From positions 1 through 57,693 of IMG/VR virus record IMGVR_UViG_2563366730_000001: a stretch of DNA of 57,693 nt. One strand, written 5' to 3'. Numbering within the stretch: position 1 is the stretch's first letter; every line of letters begins with the position of its first letter. Source of the stretch: a virus. A program made the translations under genes and the position numbers. Shown here in pieces: positions 8,472 through 16,356 of the stretch. The notes under the pieces were generated by a model. It was not told the origin of the DNA. It made no database searches and saw only the letters and a program-made list of their open reading frames with translations.

Positions 8472-9350
8472 ATGGCTAATATAAATGGCGGCTTAGTTAC
8501 TAATAAACAAGCAGCAACTACTAATGTACAATTAACACCACAAAAGAAAATGCAGAATGCCTTAGAGAAGATGATACCAGAGATTAAAAAAGCAGTAGCA
8601 AATACAATGACACCAGAGAGATTTAGTAGGATAGCTTTAAGCTTATTCAATGGGAATCCTGTGTTTTGGGAAGCTGATACAACAACATTTTTAAGTGCTC
8701 TAATGCAGAGTGCTCAGTGTGGTTTAGAACCTAACACAGTCCTAGGAGAAGCTTACGTTATACCATATAGGAATAACAAAGCAAACATTGTAGAAGTAAA
8801 CTTCCAAGTTGGATATAAAGGTATATTGAAGATGGCTTTTAATACTGGAGAATATGAGGCTATATATGCTCATGAGATAAGAAAAGGTGATGAATTTTCT
8901 TATGAATACGGACTACACAAAAACTTAGTTCATAAGCCTGCAGATGTTCCTAATGAAGAAGTAACACATTATTATGCAGTGTATAAACTTAAGAATGGAG
9001 GTTGTGACTTTGTAGTATGGTCCAGGGAAAGAGTAGATAAGCATGCAAGAGATTTTTCTAAGAATTATTTATATAAAGGTGAAGTTAATAAGAATTCAGT
9101 TTGGGCCAAGAATTTTGACTCAATGGCTAAGAAAACAGTACTTATAGATGTTTTAAAGTTTGCACCTAAGAGTGTAGAAATGGCCAAGGCATTAGACCTT
9201 GATTATAAGTCAGAGGCAAAAGAAGAGAAGGTAAGTAGTTTTAATTACATTGATGTAGACCCTATACCATTAAATGATACTCAAAATAATATTAATTATA
9301 TAGAAAATAATGAGCAAGAGGAATTGTTTAAAGATTCACCATTAGAGTAG
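8472..9350 (+). CDS. recT: RecT-family single-strand annealing protein
   Basis: GLEPNTVLGEAYVIPY...FQVGYKGILKMA is a RecT-like core. Follows the exonuclease. Confidence 0.9.
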   Translation: MANINGGLVTNKQAATTNVQLTPQKKMQNALEKMIPEIKKAVANTMTPERFSRIALSLFNGNPVFWEADTTTFLSALMQSAQCGLEPNTVLGEAYVIPYRNNKANIVEVNFQVGYKGILKMAFNTGEYEAIYAHEIRKGDEFSYEYGLHKNLVHKPADVPNEEVTHYYAVYKLKNGGCDFVVWSRERVDKHARDFSKNYLYKGEVNKNSVWAKNFDSMAKKTVLIDVLKFAPKSVEMAKALDLDYKSEAKEEKVSSFNYIDVDPIPLNDTQNNINYIENNEQEELFKDSPLE

Positions 9351-9386
9351 TGAAATAGGGTTAAGAATCATGGAAAGGAGAAACTT

Positions 9387-10319
9387 ATGGCAGAAGTAAA
9401 GTGGATAAAGATAACTACCAATATGTTTGATGACGAGAAAATTAAACTTATAGATGCTATGCCAGAAAGAGATACGATTCATTATATCTGGATAAGGTTA
9501 CTAGTTCAATCAGGTAAGACAAATGCAAATGGGTATATATTTCTTAATGAGAATGTCCCATATACAGAAGAAATGTTGTCCACTATATTTAACCGTCCAC
9601 TAAATAGTGTAAGGCTTGCCCTTCAAACTTTGTCCAACTTTGGCATGATACATGTCCAAGAAGACAGGCTAATTAAAATTAATAATTGGGAAAAGCATCA
9701 AAACATTGAGGGTATGGAGAAAGTACGGGAACAAAATAGACTTAGAAAACAAAAGGAAAGAGATCGAAAAAAGCAAGTTAGTTTACCAGAATCTTGCCCT
9801 AAAGATGATACGTCATGTGATGGTCACGTGACAATCACGCAACAGAATAAGAATAAGAACAAGAATAAGAAAGAAGAATTAGATATAGATAAAGATATAA
9901 ATAATAATAACAATAAGATATATAATACAGAGATTAATACTGGTAGTTGTTGTTGTGATGAAATTAAAAATTTAGATAATGCATATGTATTTAGACATTT
10001 TCAAAAATGTGGATTTATGTTAACACCTTTGCAGTATGAAGAGATCTCTGCTGATATAGAGCTTTATTCACATCAATGGCTAGTAGATGCAGCTAAGGAA
10101 GCAAGCAATAGAGGAAAGTTAAACTATAGCTATGTAAAAGGCATATTAGAAAATTGGAAAGCTAAAGGCAGAGAATATAAGCCAATTAAGAATCAAGAGC
10201 CTTATAAAAAAGCAAGTGGTTTCAACAATTTTGATCAAAGAAAGTATGACGGAAGTGATGGAGGAATGACCATAAAAGAGCTTGAGGAAGGATTATTAGG
10301 TCTTAATAAAAATAAATAA
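9387..10319 (+). CDS. phage replisome organizer with C-terminal DnaD-like domain
   Basis: N-terminus VKWIKITTNMFDDEKIKLIDAMPERDTIHYIWIRLL. C-terminus YVKGILENWKAKG. Low-complexity N/K linker between them. Confidence 0.8.
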   Translation: MAEVKWIKITTNMFDDEKIKLIDAMPERDTIHYIWIRLLVQSGKTNANGYIFLNENVPYTEEMLSTIFNRPLNSVRLALQTLSNFGMIHVQEDRLIKINNWEKHQNIEGMEKVREQNRLRKQKERDRKKQVSLPESCPKDDTSCDGHVTITQQNKNKNKNKKEELDIDKDINNNNNKIYNTEINTGSCCCDEIKNLDNAYVFRHFQKCGFMLTPLQYEEISADIELYSHQWLVDAAKEASNRGKLNYSYVKGILENWKAKGREYKPIKNQEPYKKASGFNNFDQRKYDGSDGGMTIKELEEGLLGLNKNK

Positions 10320-10336
10320 AAAAGGATGGGGGATTA

Positions 10337-10891
10337 ATGGATATGGAGATTTTATTAATAACTATAGGGATAGTTCAAGTTGTGGTTATCATGGGAGTGG
10401 TAGTTACTCTAGAAAGAGTAATAGACGAAAAGATGGAAGCAGTTCAAGAGAGATTTTTAGATTCTCACAGTAAAGTTATAAATGCTATTACAAACACAGA
10501 GGATAAGTTAATTAGGGAACTTGAAGAGTCAGAGCAGTCTATAGTGTTTGAAAATGTAGATCAAAGAAGAATCGCTACAGCAGAGTTAAAAGAGTTAATT
10601 GATGATACTAGATATAAGTTGTTAAAAGCAATAAATATAGGAGTTAGATATAACGTTGATAAGTTCAAAAGCACTATAGAGGGGAATGCACAGGTTTTAG
10701 AAGAGGTTTGTATATCTAAGGATGAACTAATTAAGAAATTAGATGCACAAGTAGATTTAAATATGGTCAACTTAAAAGAATTCAAAAATGGACTATCAGG
10801 AATGATAGAAAGAGAGTGTCAAAAACAAATGTTTAGATACATCATGCATGAAGTTCTATTTAATAACAAAAAATTAAAGAGTGAAAAATAA
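10337..10891 (+). CDS. membrane-anchored hypothetical protein
   Basis: N-terminal TM helix (ILLITIGIVQVVVIMGVVV) followed by a coiled-coil-like region. Confidence 0.6.
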   Translation: MDMEILLITIGIVQVVVIMGVVVTLERVIDEKMEAVQERFLDSHSKVINAITNTEDKLIRELEESEQSIVFENVDQRRIATAELKELIDDTRYKLLKAINIGVRYNVDKFKSTIEGNAQVLEEVCISKDELIKKLDAQVDLNMVNLKEFKNGLSGMIERECQKQMFRYIMHEVLFNNKKLKSEK

Positions 10892-10966
10892 GATACTATA
10901 TAGCATGAATATTAATATAACTTTGGTTAAAGACTAATATAATCAATATCTAATGTAGGTGATTAT

Positions 10967-11137
10967 ATGTATAAAGTTATAGTTGAGTTACCCAAAAATA
11001 TAAAATTTTTAGAGGAAAAATATGCAGAGGTTCTTGCGGATATAATCGCTGAAGAATTTACTCAAGATGAATTAGGTTATCTAATTGAAAGATTGGAAAA
11101 TAGAGAAAGAAGCTTAATAAAGGATAATAAATATTAA
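10967..11137 (+). CDS. small hypothetical protein (56 aa)
   Basis: Hand-translated ORF with SD-like TAGGTGA upstream. Confidence 0.4.
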   Translation: MYKVIVELPKNIKFLEEKYAEVLADIIAEEFTQDELGYLIERLENRERSLIKDNKY

Positions 11138-11203
11138 AAATCTTAAACCAATGATGGTAGATTGAAAAGCTCTTAATTAATGAACAAAAGATGAGGTGAT
11201 AAA

Positions 11204-11317
11204 ATGCCAAAGGTAATTATAGTAAAACCTGATATAACCAAAAAACAAAATGAAGAAAACTTAAAGAAAGTAATCGCCGTATTAGAACTTATTGCACAAG
11301 AGATAACTGAAGGTTAG
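11204..11317 (+). CDS. small hypothetical protein (37 aa)
   Basis: Hand-translated ORF with SD GAGGTGA. Confidence 0.35.
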   Translation: MPKVIIVKPDITKKQNEENLKKVIAVLELIAQEITEG

Positions 11318-11481
11318 TCCTTTTTATATATTAATCAACATAAGAAAACACTTAGCATTATATTATACTAAGCTCTAAGATATAAAGCCAAAGACCTTCT
11401 CACTTTATGATATGCAAAATAAATTGAGAAGATGAGAAAAAATTTAAAATAAAATTTAGTACAAGCATAGGAGGGGATTAA

Positions 11482-11814
11482 ATGAATAAGAAAGAGGTCA
11501 TAAATCAATTAAAGAGTTTAAAAGAGCACTGTGAAGGGTGGAAGGAAGAACCTTGGGTTGATGATGTACAAGCTTTAGACTACGCAATAAAGAAACTAGA
11601 AGAAACTACTCTTGAAGTACCAGTTCAAGAGCAGTTAGAAAAATTATATTTAAGTAATGTATCTATAAAAGATTTAGTAGATGAATTATTAAAACGTAAT
11701 GACTGTGTTACAGAGTTAAGAGCTGAACCTTATGAAAAATATAGTATTTCTAGAGAATATAACGGTACCATAACCGATTTAGGTCCGGCAACAATTTTAA
11801 GAATTATAGACTAA
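11482..11814 (+). CDS. hypothetical protein with a C-terminal BC1881-like segment (paralog of 21962..22105)
   Basis: The C-terminus [27 protein letters not shown]...[10 protein letters not shown] aligns with the 47-aa ORF at 21962. The family name is recalled from memory only. Confidence 0.6.
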   Translation: MNKKEVINQLKSLKEHCEGWKEEPWVDDVQALDYAIKKLEETTLEVPVQEQLEKLYLSNVSIKDLVDELLKRNDCVTELRAEPYEKYSISREYNGTITDLGPATILRIID

Positions 11815-12035
11815 GGCAATGGTTGGAATGGGTATTTGTGTCTAATATAGGTAGAAAAATATTTACCTTTTGATGGTGAAGACATTAAAGCAGAATAAAC
11901 AGCTTCAGGTACATGTAGATACCTATAAACTTTACCAGAGTGAAATTCAATTTCTAATGTTGAATTTTCATATCCAACGGAGCATAAATTCTTAGAAGAA
12001 ACTTGAGTTCTTTGCATAGTATCACCGCCTTTCAA
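11811..12035 (-). CDS. KTSC-domain protein
   Basis: [48 protein letters not shown] matches the KTSC-domain pattern. Convergent with the previous gene, with a 4-nt 3' overlap. Confidence 0.8.
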   Translation of the reverse strand: MKGGDTMQRTQVSSKNLCSVGYENSTLEIEFHSGKVYRYLHVPEAVYSALMSSPSKGKYFSTYIRHKYPFQPLP

Positions 12036-12086
12036 CTGGTGATATTCTTCACAAATACTAAAAAATCCTTTAGGAGTGATATTAAA

Positions 12087-12260
12087 ATGTTACAAGCTCT
12101 GAAAATATATTATAACTTAACAGATAAGCAATTTAGAGAAGCACTTAAGTTAACAACAGAGGACATTAAATTCAACCGTATAGGATTTAACAAAAGGACA
12201 AGCTTGCATGACACAATAACTATCTTAGAAAGATCCATAAAACTTGTAAGGAGGTGTTAG
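12087..12260 (+). CDS. hypothetical protein
   Basis: An internal ATG with SD AGGAGTG avoids overlap with the KTSC gene. The track ORF starts at 12003. Confidence 0.5.
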   Translation: MLQALKIYYNLTDKQFREALKLTTEDIKFNRIGFNKRTSLHDTITILERSIKLVRRC

Positions 12261-12261
12261 C

Positions 12262-12378
12262 TTGGAGGGATTATTTAAAACTATATTTCTTACATTATTG
12301 GCTTATTTGGTTGTAAATGTAGTAGAAAAATCTTTAACTGTATATAAGAAAAATGATTTATTTAAGGAGGAATATTAA
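12262..12378 (+). CDS. small hydrophobic protein (38 aa)
   Basis: TTG start 8 nt after AAGGAGGTG. One predicted TM segment (IFLTLLAYLVVNVV). Confidence 0.3.
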   Translation: MEGLFKTIFLTLLAYLVVNVVEKSLTVYKKNDLFKEEY

Positions 12379-12380
12379 TT

Positions 12381-12620
12381 ATGAAATCAACAGGAGTAGT
12401 AAGAAAAGTGGATGAGCTAGGAAGGATAGTACTTCCGATAGAGTTAAGAAGGACATTAGATATTGAGGTTAAAGATGCTCTAGAGATATTTACAGAAGGA
12501 GAGCAAATAATACTTAGAAAGTATCAACCAGCATGTATCTTCTGTGGAGAAGCTAATGATATGACTAACTTTAAAGGTAAAAACATATGCGAGCATTGTT
12601 TAAAGCAACTTAAAAAGTAG
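12381..12620 (+). CDS. AbrB/SpoVT-family DNA-binding protein with a C-terminal Cys4 segment
   Basis: The N-terminus GVVRKVDELGRIVLPIELRRTLDI is the classic AbrB swapped-hairpin motif. The C-terminus carries CIFC...CEHC. Confidence 0.85.
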   Translation: MKSTGVVRKVDELGRIVLPIELRRTLDIEVKDALEIFTEGEQIILRKYQPACIFCGEANDMTNFKGKNICEHCLKQLKK

Positions 12621-12707
12621 GACATATATAAGCTTTTAGGATCTAGTACAAGAATATATATCTATAAATCTATATATATGGATATAACAATATAAGGAGG
12701 ATAAACT

Positions 12708-13106
12708 ATGGAAAATATGATTAACCTTGAGAATTTTGCTGAGGGAGCACTAGCAGAGAAAATGGATATGGCATTAAAGGAGGTGTTAGGAAATATTTCA
12801 GATCCAAATACAGATTACAAGCTAAAAAGAAAACTTACCCTAGAAATGACCTTTGCTTCTGGTGAAGATAGAGAGTTAGCAGAAGTAGCTATAATAGCTA
12901 AAACCAAGTTAGCTCCAAATAAACCAATAGCAACAAAGATTGTAATTGGAACAGATGGTAAGGGTGGAATACTAGCTAGTGAATATAAGAAGCAAGTACC
13001 AGGGCAAAGTGTTATGCGAGTAGAGGATGGAACTGGCGAGATTGTGACAACTGCAGAAGAGAAGGAAAAAGCAATAGACCTTAAGGGAATAAAATTAGTT
13101 AAATAA
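12708..13106 (+). CDS. hypothetical phage protein
   Basis: 132-aa ORF with SD AAGGAGG. Confidence 0.65.
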   Translation: MENMINLENFAEGALAEKMDMALKEVLGNISDPNTDYKLKRKLTLEMTFASGEDRELAEVAIIAKTKLAPNKPIATKIVIGTDGKGGILASEYKKQVPGQSVMRVEDGTGEIVTTAEEKEKAIDLKGIKLVK

Positions 13107-13128
13107 TAAATTTTAGGAGGAAGAAAAG

Positions 13129-13842
13129 ATGATAAATAGAGAAGGATTAGAGTATTTAGTAGGTTTAGGAGAAGGAAAGAAAATAATAATTGAAACAGAA
13201 CAAGGAGTATTTACAACTAGGAACTTAACTAGAGTTAAAGCTCCGAGGGCATCAGTATTAGGAGTATCAACTTTAACAGGATTTGTAGATTATATAAAGG
13301 CAAACATAGATAAATTACAAGGAGAGTTATTGATACAAGTTAAATCACATGGGGAAGTTAATCTATATAGTACTTTAAATAGTGATAAGGAAAGAGAGGA
13401 GTATATAAGAGCAGAAGCTATACTTCCAAATAACATTCACTATGACTATTTTTTAGATACAGAGAAATTTAATATCATGCTACAAAGTTCATTTGTAAAT
13501 GTGGGAGATAGAGAAATTTTATTAAAATATACAGGTCTCATAAGAGATGAAGCTGTAAAAAGTACAGGGGATGATGGGGTAAGTCAGTCAGTAACAGTTA
13601 AAACTGGTGTAGCAACTGTAGGACAAGCTATAGTTCCTAATCCAGTATCACTAGCACCATATAGAACATTCCCAGAAGTAGAACAACCATCAAGTAAATT
13701 TATATTTAGAATGCAAGAAGGCCCAAGAGCTGCTATATATGAAGCAGATGGAGGAGCATGGAGAAATGAAGCTATGAACAACATAAAGGCTTATCTAACT
13801 GAGAATTTAGAAGGCTTAGAAAATATAAAGATAATTTCATAG
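13129..13842 (+). CDS. hypothetical phage protein
   Basis: 237-aa ORF with SD AGGAGG. Confidence 0.65.
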   Translation: MINREGLEYLVGLGEGKKIIIETEQGVFTTRNLTRVKAPRASVLGVSTLTGFVDYIKANIDKLQGELLIQVKSHGEVNLYSTLNSDKEREEYIRAEAILPNNIHYDYFLDTEKFNIMLQSSFVNVGDREILLKYTGLIRDEAVKSTGDDGVSQSVTVKTGVATVGQAIVPNPVSLAPYRTFPEVEQPSSKFIFRMQEGPRAAIYEADGGAWRNEAMNNIKAYLTENLEGLENIKIIS

Positions 13843-13909
13843 AAACATATAAAGTTGGACAGGCTAGGTTAAACACCTAGTTTGTCCTAAAAATAAAAGA
13901 GGTGAGTTT

Positions 13910-14287
13910 TTGAATTATTTAGTATGTGAGGAATGTGGCCGTAATGAGGGGATAGAACTACATCATATAATTTTTAAAAGTCAATCTCCATGCATGGCCA
14001 ATATAGAAATCAATTTTAAGTACTTATGTTATAAATGCCATAGGGGTAATGATGGTCCACACTTAAATAGAGTTAAGGACCTTGAATATAAATATAGACT
14101 TCAAAATAAGTTGTTTGAAAAGTTTAGCAGCAAAGCTTATTACACAGAGGAAGAAATAAGGAAGCTACTCAAAATATCCAAGGGTGAAGCAAGTAAGATA
14201 CTTAAGAAACTTAAAGTCTATAAAGAAGGCTACTGTAAGATAGAGCTTATTCAAAGGCTTATGGGAGGTAGAATCTATGCAAAGTAA
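13910..14287 (+). CDS. HNH-like zinc-binding nuclease
   Basis: CEECG...ELHHI...N..YLCYKCHRGNDGPH (CxxC, HH, N, CxxCH). TTG start after GAGGTGAG. Confidence 0.55.
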   Translation: MNYLVCEECGRNEGIELHHIIFKSQSPCMANIEINFKYLCYKCHRGNDGPHLNRVKDLEYKYRLQNKLFEKFSSKAYYTEEEIRKLLKISKGEASKILKKLKVYKEGYCKIELIQRLMGGRIYAK

Positions 14288-14432
14288 CAAAGAAAATTTT
14301 ATGTTATATGCTAAGAAAAGACTTATAGAAAAGAATAGTAAATCAGATAGAGAGTGTGGAGCCTATTTCAAAAACTTTCATGATAGTAGAAAAAGAAAGT
14401 GGAATGTAAAGTTTGGAGGCTTTAAATGGTAG
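14277..14432 (+). CDS. small hypothetical protein (51 aa)
   Basis: Hand-translated ORF that overlaps both neighbouring genes by a few nt. Confidence 0.3.
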   Translation: MQSNKENFMLYAKKRLIEKNSKSDRECGAYFKNFHDSRKRKWNVKFGGFKW

Positions 14433-14818
14433 TAGTAGAAGGCAAGATTAAAGGAAAGGCTAGGCCAAGAATGTTTAATGGGAGAGCAATAACACCTAAA
14501 GATACAGTTAGTTATGAAAATTGGGTAAAGATATGCTACCAACAACAAGATGGTAGACAGCTTACAGGGTCTATAAGAGCCAATATAACAGCTTATTATA
14601 AAGTGCCTAAGTCTTATACCAAAAAGAGATTACAAGTTATAAGAGAGGGGATAGAGTATCCACAAAAGAAACCTGATGCAGATAACATAGCAAAGATTAT
14701 TTTGGACTCTTTAAATAAAATAGCTTTTGATGATGATAGCCAGGTTACTGAACTTACAATTTTAAAGAGATATACAGAAGATTTAGAGAGAGTGGAATTT
14801 GAACTAGAGGAGGTGTAG
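14426..14818 (+). CDS. rusA: RusA-family Holliday junction resolvase
   Basis: GKARPR, TPKDTVSYENWV and KKPDADNIAKIILDSLNKIAFDDDSQV motifs. Confidence 0.85.
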   Translation: MVVVEGKIKGKARPRMFNGRAITPKDTVSYENWVKICYQQQDGRQLTGSIRANITAYYKVPKSYTKKRLQVIREGIEYPQKKPDADNIAKIILDSLNKIAFDDDSQVTELTILKRYTEDLERVEFELEEV

Positions 14819-14821
14819 GCC

Positions 14822-15682
14822 TTGAATAGACAACAGAGAAGAAAAATGCAAAGGGAAGTTAATCAAAGTACAAAGATACTGGATAACTTTAGTTCTAAGC
14901 AGTTACAAGTAATAGAGGATATAACTAATGCAAAGGCAGAAGAAAGAGCCAATATGAAATTAGATGAACTAAGTTTTATTACAGACATGTGTATAAGTAC
15001 ATTATTTATAGAGCTATTTCCTGAGAAGGATTTTGAATATATAAAAGATGTTGAAAATAGATTAGCACATCTAATTGAAGAAGATATTATCAAGTGGAAA
15101 AAATTAATTGAAGGGAAGGATTTTAATATGGCAAAGAAGCTTATAAAAGAGATAGAGGAAAAAGTGAAAAAGAAAGCTATAGAGCTTATAGAGAAGGATG
15201 TTAAGCAAAAGGAATCAATAGAAATTTTACTTACACAATTTCCAAACTTAAGTAAAGCTATAATTACCAATGTTTATAAAAATACTAAGTTTGAACTTAA
15301 GGAAAATAAAGATGCTGAAAAGAAGTTTGATAAAGAAACGGAAGAAGCAGCAGAGTATATATTCGAGGAAGAGATAGAGAATAAAACTATAGAAGAAGTT
15401 AAAGTGGACAAGCATTCTGTGGTACAAGTTGTAGAAGAACCTAAAGATATTAAAAAAGAATCAAAAGGAGCTGAGAAAGTGAGTAAGTTAAAGATTAAGA
15501 GCATGGTACTAGAAGGTGAAAATGGAATATATAGAGTGTGTCCTGAGGGTGTAGAGCTACAAGGACAAGAATTAATAAGCTTCTCAAACTTAGAAGAATT
15601 AGAGAAGTATAGGGGTGAAGAGCTTAAAAAGTTTGAAAATAGAATAGCAGAGTTCAGAGAAGTATTTAAGATGAGAGGTTAG
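14822..15682 (+). CDS. hypothetical protein, highly charged with coiled-coil character
   Basis: 286-aa E/K-rich ORF with a TTG start. Confidence 0.6.
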   Translation: MNRQQRRKMQREVNQSTKILDNFSSKQLQVIEDITNAKAEERANMKLDELSFITDMCISTLFIELFPEKDFEYIKDVENRLAHLIEEDIIKWKKLIEGKDFNMAKKLIKEIEEKVKKKAIELIEKDVKQKESIEILLTQFPNLSKAIITNVYKNTKFELKENKDAEKKFDKETEEAAEYIFEEEIENKTIEEVKVDKHSVVQVVEEPKDIKKESKGAEKVSKLKIKSMVLEGENGIYRVCPEGVELQGQELISFSNLEELEKYRGEELKKFENRIAEFREVFKMRG

Positions 15683-15685
15683 TAT

Positions 15686-16030
15686 ATGACACCAGTTGAT
15701 ATAATGAATAATCTTGATATTTGTATAAGAGCATTAGGTCAAGGTAACACAGAGCTTAAGACTTTAGGTATAAAGAAAGCAGAAGCAGAAAGAAAGTATA
15801 GAATAGCTTTAAATAAAGAAATATTAAGACTTAAAGTGGACAAGTATCCAGCTACATTAATCCAAGAGTTAGCTAGAGGAAATAAGGAAGTAGCTGAACT
15901 AAGACTTAATAGAGATATAGCAGAGAGCAGCTATTATACAGCTATAAGTGCTATGGATAATTTAAAGATAGAAATAGAAGTCCTTATAAGTAAATTAACT
16001 TGGCTAAGGGCAGAGTTTAAAAATAGTTAA
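15686..16030 (+). CDS. hypothetical protein
   Basis: 114-aa ORF. Confidence 0.6.
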   Translation: MTPVDIMNNLDICIRALGQGNTELKTLGIKKAEAERKYRIALNKEILRLKVDKYPATLIQELARGNKEVAELRLNRDIAESSYYTAISAMDNLKIEIEVLISKLTWLRAEFKNS

Positions 16031-16201
16031 GAGAAAATTATAAAGTGGGAAATATAGTAGACTTAAGGATGTTTAAATTTGAAAATGATTAAGAAGAATG
16101 TGTTATGATGAAGGTTATAAATGTTATAATAGTATATTTGTAGATAATATAAAGGTGAGGTATGAGACTGATAAAAATCAAGAAGATAGGATTTATCTTG
16201 A

Positions 16202-16242
16202 AACAATCAGATATTCCTTCTTGCAATAAATATCTGATTGTT
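16202..16242. repeat. 13-bp perfect inverted repeat with a 15-nt loop
   Basis: AACAATCAGATAT ... ATATCTGATTGTT. No U-tract on either side. Confidence 0.8.
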
Positions 16243-16356
16243 CAGAAATAATTTAAAAATGTAATAAAGAACTATTTACGTATGGTGTTAGATTTAAATT
16301 TGTATACTCTATAATTTTCTGAATCTGATTATTATAAAAAGCAAGAACTTATAATA

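Noticed and set aside
14863-15504. Two minus-strand ORFs (135 aa and 76 aa) antisense to 14822..15682.
   Set aside because: They are Ser/Ile/Phe/Leu-rich and low in complexity. This is the mirror image of an E/K-rich sense gene, with no SD. They are typical shadow ORFs in AT-rich DNA.
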